NCBI GenBank assembly: GCA_963747235.1
Contig: CAVVEU010000014.1
Span: 192,001-256,000, forward strand
Reading direction: 5' to 3'
Origin: an uncultured Candidatus Rokubacteria bacterium
GTDB lineage: Bacteria; Methylomirabilota; Methylomirabilia; Rokubacteriales; CSP1-6
DNA: 64,000 nucleotides
The notes under the pieces were generated by a model. That model was not told the origin of the DNA and ran no database searches. It saw nothing but the letters and a program-made list of their open reading frames with translations. The position numbers and the translations under genes are program-made. Below are positions 33,106 through 42,654 of the stretch, one piece after another. Numbering within the stretch: position 1 is the first letter of the stretch; every line of letters begins with the position of its first letter.

Positions 33106-34289
33106 CTGACACCGGCACCGGCTACGGCCGCCCCCGGCCCACCTCCATGCGCGAGCTGACCCTGGTGGGCGCGGGCACGCCGATGGGCGAGCTGCTGCGG
33201 CGCTACTGGCACCCGGTCGGCCTGGTCGGCGACGCGGGCGAGACGCCGAAGGCCCTGCGCGTGCTGGGCGAGGACCTCGTGCTCTTCCGCGATCGGCGCG
33301 GGCGCCCCGGTCTCGTGACCGCGCGCTGCGCGCATCGCGGGACCACGCTCTACTACGGCCGCGTGGAGGAGCGCGGCATCCGCTGCTGCTATCACGGCTG
33401 GCTCTTCGACGTGGAGGGCCATTGCCTCGAGCAGCCGTGCGAGCCCGACGGCGGCCCGCAGCGCGAGCGGATGCGCCAGCCCTGGTATCCGGTGCAGGAG
33501 CGCTACGGCCTGATCTTCGCCTACCTGGGCCCGCCCGCGCGCAAGCCGGTGCTGCCGCGCTACGAGATCCTCGAGACGCTCGACCCGGGCGAGCTCCTGG
33601 AGGCCGACGACAACAGCGTGGGCGGCGGCGGGCCCGCCGTCATCCCCTGCAACTGGCTCCAGCACTACGAGAACCTGATGGACACGCTCCACGTCCCGAT
33701 CCTGCACGGCTCCTTCAGCGGCCCGCAGTTCACCGCGCCGATGGGCCTGATGCCGGAGGTGACCTGGGAGCTGACCGACCGCGGCGTGAAGGCGATCTCC
33801 GACCGGCGCCTGCCCGACGGCACCGTGCTGCACCGGATCAGCGAGGCGGTGCTGCCGACCCTGCGCGTCATCCCGAATCCGCGCGTGGCGCAGTACGCGC
33901 GCGTGGAGACCATCGGCTGGGTGCTGCCGCAGGACGACACGAGCTTCCGCATCTACACCGCGGGGCGCGTGCGGACACCCGGCGAGATCGCGAGCGTGCG
34001 CTCGCGCCTGAACGGCAAGCTCTGGGAGGACCTGACGCCCGCCGAGCACCGCGACTTCCCCGGCGACTATGAAGCCCAGGTCGGCCAGGGCCCGATCACG
34101 CAGCACTCCGAGGAGAACCTGGTGTCGAGCGACCGCGGCGTGGCCCTGGTGCGCCGCCAGCTCAAGCAGCAGCTCGACGCGATCGCCGAGGGCCGCGATC
34201 CCATCGGCGTGAGCTTCGACCCCGCCGGGCCACCGGTGCCCTTCGAGGCCGGCAACTTCCTGATCGAGAGGCACTCCCATGCTTCGTGA
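33102..34289 (+). CDS. Rieske non-heme iron oxygenase alpha subunit (phthalate dioxygenase/VanA-like)
   Basis: GTPMGELLRRYW, CAH...CCYH Rieske ligands, ENLMDTLH.PILH. Confidence 0.92.
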   Translation: MTDTGTGYGRPRPTSMRELTLVGAGTPMGELLRRYWHPVGLVGDAGETPKALRVLGEDLVLFRDRRGRPGLVTARCAHRGTTLYYGRVEERGIRCCYHGWLFDVEGHCLEQPCEPDGGPQRERMRQPWYPVQERYGLIFAYLGPPARKPVLPRYEILETLDPGELLEADDNSVGGGGPAVIPCNWLQHYENLMDTLHVPILHGSFSGPQFTAPMGLMPEVTWELTDRGVKAISDRRLPDGTVLHRISEAVLPTLRVIPNPRVAQYARVETIGWVLPQDDTSFRIYTAGRVRTPGEIASVRSRLNGKLWEDLTPAEHRDFPGDYEAQVGQGPITQHSEENLVSSDRGVALVRRQLKQQLDAIAEGRDPIGVSFDPAGPPVPFEAGNFLIERHSHAS

Positions 34290-35025
34290 CCATCCGACCG
34301 GCGACTATCGCTACATGCCCGGCATCAGCGCGTTCTCGTGCGGCACGGTGGCGAAGCCCGGCCACGAGATCGTGCACGTGACGCTCGTCGCGCCCGTGCC
34401 CTGGCGTGACGGCTTCGCGCGCATCGAGCGGCATCTCCGCGAGGCGAAGCGCCCGAAGACCGCGCTCTGCGGGATCGAGCTCCGCAGTCCCGCGCCCTTC
34501 ACCTTCGACGGCTTCGCCGGCTTCAACGAGGGCTATCGCAAGCTCCTGGCCGACTGGGACATCCTGGTGGGCGAGGACAACCCGATCCCGCGGACCAACG
34601 TGGCTCCGATCGCGGCCGCGCCCACGGAGCCGTCGCTCTACGCCTTCTCCTACACGCAGCCCGGCGCCACGCCCGAGCCCACCTTCATCGTGGCCGGCGC
34701 GGGCGAGCTCCGGGACCGCGCGCAGGGTCCCGAGGGCATCGTGCGCCACGGCGACACCTCGCCGGACGGCATGCGCGAGAAGGCGCGCTTCGTGATGGCC
34801 ATCATGCAGGACCGGCTGCGGACGCTGGGCGGCGACTTCCGCCGCGTCACCGCGATCGACATCTACACCGCCCAGCCCATCCACGCCCTCGTGCTCGACG
34901 AGGTCCTGAAGCCGGCGGGCCCCGCCGCCATCCACGGCGTGCACTGGTACCCCAGCCGCCCGCCCATCCAGGGCCTCGACTACGAGATGGACATGCGCGG
35001 CGTCGCGCGCGAGCTGGCGCTCTAG
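34279..35025 (+). CDS. CnbZ-like (2-amino-5-chloromuconate deaminase family) protein
   Basis: LCGIELRSPAPF..GF..FN..Y, NPIPRTNV, RPPIQGLDYEMD; family recognised from memory. Confidence 0.7.
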   Translation: MLRDHPTGDYRYMPGISAFSCGTVAKPGHEIVHVTLVAPVPWRDGFARIERHLREAKRPKTALCGIELRSPAPFTFDGFAGFNEGYRKLLADWDILVGEDNPIPRTNVAPIAAAPTEPSLYAFSYTQPGATPEPTFIVAGAGELRDRAQGPEGIVRHGDTSPDGMREKARFVMAIMQDRLRTLGGDFRRVTAIDIYTAQPIHALVLDEVLKPAGPAAIHGVHWYPSRPPIQGLDYEMDMRGVARELAL

Positions 35026-35133
35026 GACTTTTCTGCCGGTAACAGCTACCGGCGGCGTTGTGGCGGGTGCGGGTGCGTCGCCGCCCGTGGAGGCAATCGG
35101 GGCTGGAAGGCGCGCATGTAGCGGTAGCGCCGG

Positions 35134-35149
35134 TGGCATGTGCGATGCA
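35134..35149 (+). promoter_or_regulatory. Putative sigma54 promoter
   Basis: TGGCAT-GTGCG-ATGCA upstream of the mlaC-like gene. Confidence 0.55.
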
Positions 35150-35167
35150 CACCAGAGCAGTCTCCCC

Positions 35168-35827
35168 ATGTTGCGCATCGCGCTCTTGTCGATCCTCGCT
35201 CTGGCATGGCTCCTCGCCGCGCCGGGTATTGGCGTCGAGGCCGGCACCGCGACCGACTCGCTCCGGGCGACCTACGCCCAGGCCAATCAGATCATCAGCG
35301 ACCCGGCCACGGTCGCTCGGCCCAACGACCTCCTGCTCGCGGTTCGCGCGCTGTTCGGCACCGCCTTCGACTTCCAGGGCGCGGCGGCGGAGGCCCTGGG
35401 GCCCCAGTGGAAGACGCGGACCGCGATCGAGCAGAAGGAGTTCACGGCCCTGTTCGCCAGCTTCGTCCAGCGCGGCTTCGTCTACTGGCTTGCGGCGGTA
35501 GCCGACGTCGATGGCGGGGGCATCACCGTCCACTACCTCGGCGAATCGGTCGACGGAGATCGCGCGGTCGTGCGGACGGCCATCGGCCGGCGCGGGGGAA
35601 GACAGATCCCGCTGGATCACGACATGATCTACCTCGGCAAGCGCTGGATGGTGCGCGACGTCACGATCAACGGCATCAGCCTCGTCCCGAACTACCGCGC
35701 CCAGTTCGATCGGGTGATCCGCGGCTCGTCCTACCCCGAGCTGCTCGCGAGGCTGCGCGTGAAGGTATCCGGCGAGCTGCCGCGTCCGGCGGCCGCCGGC
35801 CCCGAGCCGCCCGCCGTCCTGCGCTGA
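35168..35827 (+). CDS. MlaC/Ttg2D-like periplasmic lipid-binding protein
   Basis: Signal peptide, FDF..ALG..W, W.VRDV.INGISLV.NYRAQF. Confidence 0.85.
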   Translation: MLRIALLSILALAWLLAAPGIGVEAGTATDSLRATYAQANQIISDPATVARPNDLLLAVRALFGTAFDFQGAAAEALGPQWKTRTAIEQKEFTALFASFVQRGFVYWLAAVADVDGGGITVHYLGESVDGDRAVVRTAIGRRGGRQIPLDHDMIYLGKRWMVRDVTINGISLVPNYRAQFDRVIRGSSYPELLARLRVKVSGELPRPAAAGPEPPAVLR

Positions 35828-35881
35828 CGCGCGGGCCCGATGGTGTGGTCCCGGTGAATCGGCATGATCATCCGTCCGGAA

Positions 35882-38800
35882 TCAGCCGGCGCCGCCGGCT
35901 GCATGACAGACCCATAGCGATGCACGACGCGCGAGACGCTCTGCTCGCGCAGGTAGTGGCGTAGCTCGAGCCGGCCCGCGGCCAGCGACGGGCGCGTCGA
36001 GCACCACGATCCCCGCCGCGTGGGCCGCCGCGCGCAGCTCCCGCGAGATCGGCACCAGCGCGCGCAGCCGCTCGACGCGCGCTCCACCCAGGCGCGCGAT
36101 CAGCTCCGCGTCGCTCTCGATCACCGCGTCCACTTCGGCCGACGCCGTGAGCCACGGCCCGGGCTCACCGTCCGCCAGGCTCACCGTCACCGGCACGCCG
36201 CACGTGCGCGCGGCGAGCAGCGCCTGCTCGAGCGCGAGCCGACCGGCCGGGGTGGCCGCCTCGCCCCGCACGAGCACGCGCCGGCACGGGCGGTACCGGA
36301 ACACGTTGCGCTCGCCGAGCAGGCGGATCGGCTCGTGCGCCTGGGAGAAATGCTCCCGCCAGGCGCGCGCGTAGCTGTCCGCGGCCGCGCGCGGCACCGC
36401 CGCGGGTTCGTCGCCGGGCGATGCGATCGGGTGCGCGCGGCAGAGCTGGAGCACGTAGTTCGGCCCGCCGGCCTTGGCGCCCGGGCCCACCGACGAGGCC
36501 TTCCAGCCCCCGAAGGGCTGGCGGCCGACGATGGCCCCGGTGATGTGGCGGTTGACGTAGAGGGAGCCGGCCTCGATCCGCTCGAGCCAGCGCGCGACCT
36601 CGCGATCGTCGAGCGACTCGATCCCGCTGGTGAGCCCGAACGGCTGATCGTTCGCCAGCTCGATGGCCTCGTCGAGATCCGCGGCGCGCATGAGCCCCAG
36701 CACCGGCCCGAAGCACTCGGTCCGGTGGAAGAAGGAGCCGCGCCGCACGCCCAGCTTGATGCCCGGCGACCAGAGTGGCGCCTCGCGGCTCGGCGATCGC
36801 GGCTCGAGCAGCCACTCCTCGCCCGCGTCCAGCGTGGTGAGCGCGCGCCGGAGCGCGGGGCCCGGCGGCTGGGTCAGCGGGGTCACGCGGCTCGCGGGAT
36901 CCCAGGCGCTGCCCACCGCGAGGCTCGCCGCCGCGTCGCGGAGCTGCCGGCGGAACGCGGGGTCGTCGTAGACCTCCGCCTCGCAGATCGCGAGGCTGGC
37001 CGCCGAGCACTTCTGGCCGTTGTGGCCGAAGGCCGAGCGCACGAGATCGCGCACGGCCTGGTCGCGGTCCGCCAGCGCGGTGACGATGATCGCGTTCTTG
37101 CCGCTCGTCTCCGCGAACAGCGCGCAGATCGGGCCGCCACTCGAGGAAGCGCCGGGCCGTCTCCACCGAGCCGGTGAGGATCACCGCGTCCACGCGCGGA
37201 TCGGTGATGAGGCCGCGGCCGATCTCGTCGTCCGGACAGGGCACGAACTGGACCACGTCACGCGGGATCCCGGCCTCCCAGAGCGCGCCGGCCAGATGCC
37301 AGCCGACCAGCACCGCCTCGAGCGCGGGCTTGAGGAGGACCGCGTTGCCGGCGGCCAGCGCGGCCAGCACGCCGCCGGCCGGGATCGAGAGCGGGAAGTT
37401 CCACGGCGGCGCAACGACCACGACGCCGAGCGCCTCGAGCCGATAGCCGTCCACCGTGTCGCCCGCGCCCAGGGCGCGCGCGTAGTAGCGCGCGAAGTCG
37501 ATCGCCTCGGAGACCTCCGGATCGGCCTCCGTCGCGGTCTTGGCGCCGTCCACGATCATGGCGCCGACCAGATCGCCGCGCCGTCGGGCGAGCGCACCGG
37601 CCGCGGCCTCGAGCAGGCGCCGGCGCTCCGCCGCGGGCCGGCCGCCCCAGGCCGCCTGCGCGGCGCGGGCGGCGTCGAGCGCGCGGCTCACCTGGGCGCG
37701 GTCCGCCAGCCCGTGGCGATAGGCGATGCGCGCCGGCTCCGAGCGGTCCCGTCCCTCGACCTGCACGGCGCCGGCCACCAGCTCGCCCGCGATCTGGAGC
37801 GGCACCGTCTCCGCCGGGCGCTCGCGCCACTCGGCCCGGACGCGGTCGATCCACTCCCGGCTGGCGGCGACCGCCCAGTCCGTGTCGGGCTCGTTCGCGA
37901 AGGACGCCGACGGATCACCCGGGGCCGGCTTCGACACCGCCTCGGCCCCGCGGTCCTGGGTCCGGCGCGGCGCATCCGACAGCTCCTCCAGCAGGTCGAA
38001 GGCGCCCAGGAACCGATCGCGCTCCAGGTCCCAGTCGGGCGAGCCGGGCTCGAGGCCGAACACGTGGCGCAAGAAGTTGTCCGGCGCGGTGTTCTCGTCG
38101 AGGCGGCGGACGAGGTAGGCGATGGCGCTGTGGAAATCCTCGGCGCGCACCACCGGCGCGTAGAGCAGCAGCCCACCGGCCCGCGCCTGCACCACGCGCG
38201 CCTGGTGGTTGGCCATGCCCTCGAGCATCTCGAACTCCACCCACGCGGCTACTCCGCGCTCCTCGCGCAGCACGAGCCCGTGCGCCACGTCGAAGAGATT
38301 GTGGCTGGCGATGCCGAGGTGCACCGCGCGGGCGTGCTCGGGACGGCAGCCGTACTCGATCATGCGCTTGAAGTTCGCGTCGACTTCAAGCTTGTTCGTG
38401 AAGGGCGCTTGCGGCCAGCCGTGCAGGTCGGCCTCGATGCGCTCCATCGCCAGGTTGGCGCCCTTGACCACACGCAGCTTGATCGGCGCGCCGCCGCGCG
38501 CGCAGCGTGCGATCGCCCAGGCCACGAGCCCGCGCTGCACGCGATGCGACTCCGGCAGATAGGCCTGCAGCACGATGCCCGCCGGGAGCGCCATGAACTC
38601 GGCCTCGTCCAGGACTTCCCGAAAGGCGATGACGGTGAGGTCGAGGTCGCGATACTCCTCCATGTCGAGGTTGACGAACTTGGGCGTGACGCGGCCGTCC
38701 GGATGCCGGTAGTGGTGCCGCAGCGCCTGGCGGTAGAGCGCGCGGAGCCGGTCCTTCACGACCTCCACGGTGTGACGGAACGCGCTCAGGTCGAGCTGGC

Positions 38801-39344
38801 TCGACACCGAGGAGACCTTCACCGAGATGTACTCGACGTCCTCGCGGGCCAGCAGCGCCAGGTAGGCCTCGAGCCGGCGCGCGGCTTCCTCCTCGCCCAG
38901 GATCGCCTCGCCGAGCTGGTTCAGGTTCAGGCGGATGCCGTCGGCGCGGCGCGCGGCCAGGTAGCGGCGCAGGTCCGCGTCCTCGCCGGGCAGGATCAGC
39001 GACTCGGTCTCGTGGCGCAGGCGGGCCACGATCGGCGGCACGACCAGGCTCGGCAGGTAGTGCCCCATGACCGCGCCGAGCGTGAGGCCGATCCGCTCCC
39101 ACCACTCCATGAAGCGCGGCGCCCCGTAGCGCTCCAGCAGGTAGTGGAGCTGATCGGCGATGCGCTCGGGCCGCCGGCTGCGGAAGCACTGGTCGGTGAG
39201 CGCGATCGTCAGCTCCTTCCCGCGCGGATCCTCCATGAGCCGCGCGAGCCGCTCCGCCCGCGCCCGCTCCTCCGCGGTCTGGCCGGCCCGCGCCTCGCGC
39301 AGCAGCGCCTCCGCCAGCTCCACCGCCCGCTTCGCCCGCTCCAT
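35882..39344 (-). CDS. putA: Bifunctional proline dehydrogenase/P5C dehydrogenase, frameshifts near 37125 and 35990 (3' end approximate)
   Basis: NLDMEEY, RVVKGAN, ASHN, YLVRRLDEN; PWNFP, GQKCSA, ECFGP, KAGGPNY. Confidence 0.92.
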
Positions 39345-39362
39345 CCCCCGAGCCTACTCTCT

Positions 39363-39428
39363 CCCTCTCCCCTCTGGGGAGAGGGCAGGGTGAGGGGCCC
39401 GAGGGTGAGGGGCCCGAGGGTGAGGGGG
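39363..39428 (-). repeat. REP-like element with tandemly repeated 15-nt tail
   Basis: Hairpin followed by AGGGTGAGGGGCCCG x2 plus AGGGTGAGGGG. Confidence 0.9.
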
Positions 39429-39481
39429 AGGCCTTGACCCCGCACCGCCCCCGTTCCATCCTGCCCGGCGGAGGAACCCCC

Positions 39482-40501
39482 ATGCGCGCCCTGGTCCTCG
39501 AAAAGTTCAACGGCCCGTTCGTCGCGAAAGACGTCCCCACCCCCACGCTCGCCCCGCACGAGGCCCTGGTCCGGGTGCGTAACGTGGGCGTCTGCGGCAC
39601 CGACGTGAAGATCCGCGCCGACCGCATGGGCCTGGGCGTGATCCCGCTGATCATGGGCCACGAGATCGCGGGCGAGGTGGCCGAGGTCGGCAGCGAGGTG
39701 CGCGGCTTCGCCGCCGGGGATCGCGTCATCGTGAACTTCTACATCACCTGCGGCCGCTGCCAGGCGTGCCGCGTGGGAAGAGACACGCTGTGCTCGGACG
39801 TCCGCCAGCACGGCTTCAGCATCGACGGCGGCTTCGCGGAGTTCGTGAAGACCCCCGGCGTCAACCTCTGCAAGGTCCCCGATCACGTGTCGCTCGAGGC
39901 CGCGTGCATCCTGGGCGACGCGGTCGCGACGTCCTACCACGCGATCACCAAGCGCGCGCGGGTGCGCCCCGGCACCACGCTGGCGCTGATCGGCGTCGGC
40001 GGCGTCGGCCTGCACGCGCTGCAGATGGCGCGGCTGGCCGGCGGCTGGGTGATCGCGGTGGACGTCAACGACGCGCGGCTCGAGCTGGCCCGGAGCCTGG
40101 GCGCCGACGCGGTGGTGGACGCCCGCAGCGGGCCCTTCCACGAAGCGATCCGCACGCTGACCGGCGGCCAGGGCGTGGACGTGGTGCTGGAGTTCGTCGC
40201 CAACGCCCAGACCCTGCCGTCCAGCGTGGCCAGCCTGAGACGAGCGGGACGCCTGGTCTTCGTCGGCTACACGCCCGAGGTCCCGCTGTCGGTCCTGCCG
40301 CGCGAGATGGTGCGAAGCGAGCTCGAGATCGTCGGCTCCCGAGCCAACACCAAGCAGGAGCTCGCGGAGACGATGGAGCTGGTGGCCCAGGGACGGATCA
40401 AGCCGATCGTGGACCGCGTGATCCCGCTGGCCGACATCGAGGAGGCCTTCACCGCGCTCCGCGAAGGCCGCCCGCTCGGGCGCAACGTGCTGGCGATCTA
40501 A
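39482..40501 (+). CDS. Zinc-dependent alcohol dehydrogenase (MDR)
   Basis: CGTD, GHE, CGRCQAC...C, GVGGVG. Confidence 0.93.
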   Translation: MRALVLEKFNGPFVAKDVPTPTLAPHEALVRVRNVGVCGTDVKIRADRMGLGVIPLIMGHEIAGEVAEVGSEVRGFAAGDRVIVNFYITCGRCQACRVGRDTLCSDVRQHGFSIDGGFAEFVKTPGVNLCKVPDHVSLEAACILGDAVATSYHAITKRARVRPGTTLALIGVGGVGLHALQMARLAGGWVIAVDVNDARLELARSLGADAVVDARSGPFHEAIRTLTGGQGVDVVLEFVANAQTLPSSVASLRRAGRLVFVGYTPEVPLSVLPREMVRSELEIVGSRANTKQELAETMELVAQGRIKPIVDRVIPLADIEEAFTALREGRPLGRNVLAI

Positions 40502-40510
40502 CCCCTCGGC

Positions 40511-40607
40511 CCCCTCACCCTGCCCTCTCCCCAGAGGGGAGAGGGTGGCGCGCGCGGATCCCCTCGTGAGTACCCTCTCCCCCCTGGGGAGAGGACAGGG
40601 TGAGGGG
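40511..40607. repeat. Inverted pair of REP-like elements between convergent genes
   Basis: 40511-40545 (+) and 40573-40607 (-). Confidence 0.9.
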
Positions 40608-40608
40608 C

Positions 40609-41019
40609 CTATGTCCTGAGGCCGGTGGCCGTGCCCACCGCGGTCTTCTCGCCGTGCTGGTTCTGGCACCACACCTCGACGACCACGCGCGTCCCCGCGC
40701 TCTCGGCCCGCGTCTCCTTCACCACGCCATGGACGGTCAGCCGATCGCCCGCGTACACGGGCGTGATGAACGCCATCGAGAGCGTCCCGCCCTTGACGAA
40801 GCCGGCGCCGAGGAGGCGCGCCATCATCTCCGAGACGTACGCGGTCGACATCATCCCCTGCGCCAGCGTGGTGCGGAACCCCTTCCGGTGCGCCCACGCC
40901 TCGTCGGTATGGATGGAGCGCGGCTTCACCCCCGAGAAGACGTCGATCCGCCGCTGCGTCGGCTCCTTCGTGAGCGCCGGCAGCTCCTGCCCGACCGCGA
41001 CCGCCTCAGCGACCGACAT
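40609..41019 (-). CDS. MaoC-like hotdog-fold protein
   Basis: SIHTDEAWA..GF..TLAQGM, F..PVYAGD. Confidence 0.8.
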   Translation of the reverse strand: MSVAEAVAVGQELPALTKEPTQRRIDVFSGVKPRSIHTDEAWAHRKGFRTTLAQGMMSTAYVSEMMARLLGAGFVKGGTLSMAFITPVYAGDRLTVHGVVKETRAESAGTRVVVEVWCQNQHGEKTAVGTATGLRT

Positions 41020-41449
41020 GGCGCGTGCCCTCCGGGATCAGCATCTGCGTGAATTGCCCCCGCACGAGCGTCGTTCCCTGCTCATCCCGGGTGGCGTACT
41101 CGGTGACCATGTACTGCCGGCCGCGCCGCTCGTACTTGTCGATGACCCGCCCGCTCGTCTGCACGCGCATGCCCGGCCGCACCGGCTCGAGGAAGTTGAA
41201 CTCCATCTTGGCGTGCAGCCCCGCGTGCACGATGTACTTGCTGTGCCGGAGCGAGAGGGCCTGGTTGGCCATCAGGGTGGGATGCGCCACCGGCCCGCCC
41301 AGGGACGACGACTCCGAGTACCACGCCTGGTGGTCGTCCACCGCGAAGGCATAGGCCTCGATGTCCTCCGGCGTCACCAGGTGCGTGTCCGACACGAACT
41401 CCTCGCCGACCGTCAGCGCCTCGTACGTGAGCTTCGGGAACTCGGCCAT
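41006..41449 (-). CDS. MaoC-like hotdog-fold protein
   Basis: YAFAVDD..WY, GGPVAHP, F..PVRPG, KYERRGR. Confidence 0.8.
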   Translation of the reverse strand: MAEFPKLTYEALTVGEEFVSDTHLVTPEDIEAYAFAVDDHQAWYSESSSLGGPVAHPTLMANQALSLRHSKYIVHAGLHAKMEFNFLEPVRPGMRVQTSGRVIDKYERRGRQYMVTEYATRDEQGTTLVRGQFTQMLIPEGTRHVGR

Positions 41450-41466
41450 CGCATCTCCTCCGAGAA

Positions 41467-41545
41467 CCCTCTCCCCCCTGGGGAGAGGGCAGGGTGAGGG
41501 GTAGGGGTGAGGGGCTAGGTGGTGAGGGGCTAGGTGGTGAGGGGG
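41467..41545 (-). repeat. REP-like element with three extra tail repeats
   Basis: Hairpin + AGGGTGAGGGGT AGGGGTGAGGGGCT AGGTGGTGAGGGGCT AGGTGGTGAGGGGG. Confidence 0.9.
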
Positions 41546-41546
41546 C

Positions 41547-42497
41547 CTACCGCACCGCCGGCAACACCTCCGCGGTGAACCGGTCGAGCTGCGCCACCTG
41601 ATCGTTGCCGATGAAGCGGATGCAGAGATCGGTCACGCCCACCGCGGCGTACCGCCCGATCGTCTCGATCACCACCGACGCGGGCCCCAGGCCCATCGCG
41701 CCGCGCTCGTGCACGCCGCCCCCGTAGTACGTCGCGAGGAATTCGGTGGTGACGCGCTGGGCGGTGGCCACGTCGTCGTCGAGCCGCACCGTGGTGTACA
41801 CGCAGAGGGGAAACTCCGCGCGGGGCCGGCCGTGCCGCGCCAGCGCCTCGAGCGCCCGCTCCCGGATGACCGGGATCTCCTCGAAGTGCACGTAGGTCGT
41901 GATGATGCCGTCGCCCAGACGCCCGAAGCGCTCGAACTGCGCGGGCAGCAGCTCCCCGCGATTCCCCGCGGTGATGAGCACGGGCGGGCCCTCGGTGCGC
42001 CACGGCAGCGGCCCGATGGTGTGGTCCACCAGGTCCAGATCCTCACCGTGATGGGTCACCGGCTCCCCGGTCCAGAGCTTCCGCCAGATCGCGATGTGCT
42101 CCTCGAGCCGGCGCACGCGGGCCTTGTGGTTGGCGCCGCACGCGGCCCACTCGCGCTCGGCGCTGGGCAGGCTCCAGCCCACGCCCAGGCCCAGCACCAG
42201 CCGGCCCTGGGAGATCTGGTCGATGTTGGCGAGCTGCTGGGCCAGCACCACCGGGTGCCGCAGCGCCGGCAGCAGGACCGCGGTCCCGAGGCGCACCCGC
42301 GTGGTGATCCCGGCCAGGTAGGCCAGGGTGGTCAGGGCGTCGAGCCGCGGCTTGGCCACGATGCTGTCGCCCACCCAGACCGCGTCGTAGCCGGCCTGGT
42401 CGGCCCGCCGGGCCATGGTCCAGCAGGTCTCGACGGGAGGCCGCCGCGCCGACTCCATCACCGCGCCGCGCGTGGGAATGAGCACGCCGATTCGCAT
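41547..42497 (-). CDS. LLM-class flavin-dependent oxidoreductase
   Basis: GYDAVWVGDS, LGTAVL, IDQISQGRLVLGLGVG. Confidence 0.9.
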   Translation of the reverse strand: MRIGVLIPTRGAVMESARRPPVETCWTMARRADQAGYDAVWVGDSIVAKPRLDALTTLAYLAGITTRVRLGTAVLLPALRHPVVLAQQLANIDQISQGRLVLGLGVGWSLPSAEREWAACGANHKARVRRLEEHIAIWRKLWTGEPVTHHGEDLDLVDHTIGPLPWRTEGPPVLITAGNRGELLPAQFERFGRLGDGIITTYVHFEEIPVIRERALEALARHGRPRAEFPLCVYTTVRLDDDVATAQRVTTEFLATYYGGGVHERGAMGLGPASVVIETIGRYAAVGVTDLCIRFIGNDQVAQLDRFTAEVLPAVR

Positions 42498-42623
42498 GGG
42501 CGGGAGTCTACCTCATCCGGGGCCCGGCCGATCCGTGTCAGTCCGCTGACACCGGACGTCGCTCCACCGGCCCGCGTGGATCCCACAAGTACCGGAACCC
42601 GCGCCAGATCAAGCGACGCGTGA

Positions 42624-42639
42624 TGGCCCGCGACGTGCA
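42624..42639 (+). promoter_or_regulatory. Putative sigma54 promoter
   Basis: TGGCCC-GCGAC-GTGCA just upstream of the MFS gene. Confidence 0.45.
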
Positions 42640-42654
42640 ATTGCGATTCATGCC

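Noticed and set aside
39387-41545. Short tandem repeats as a possible CRISPR array
   Set aside because: Units of about 15 nt with no unique spacers, no cas genes; they derive from REP tails
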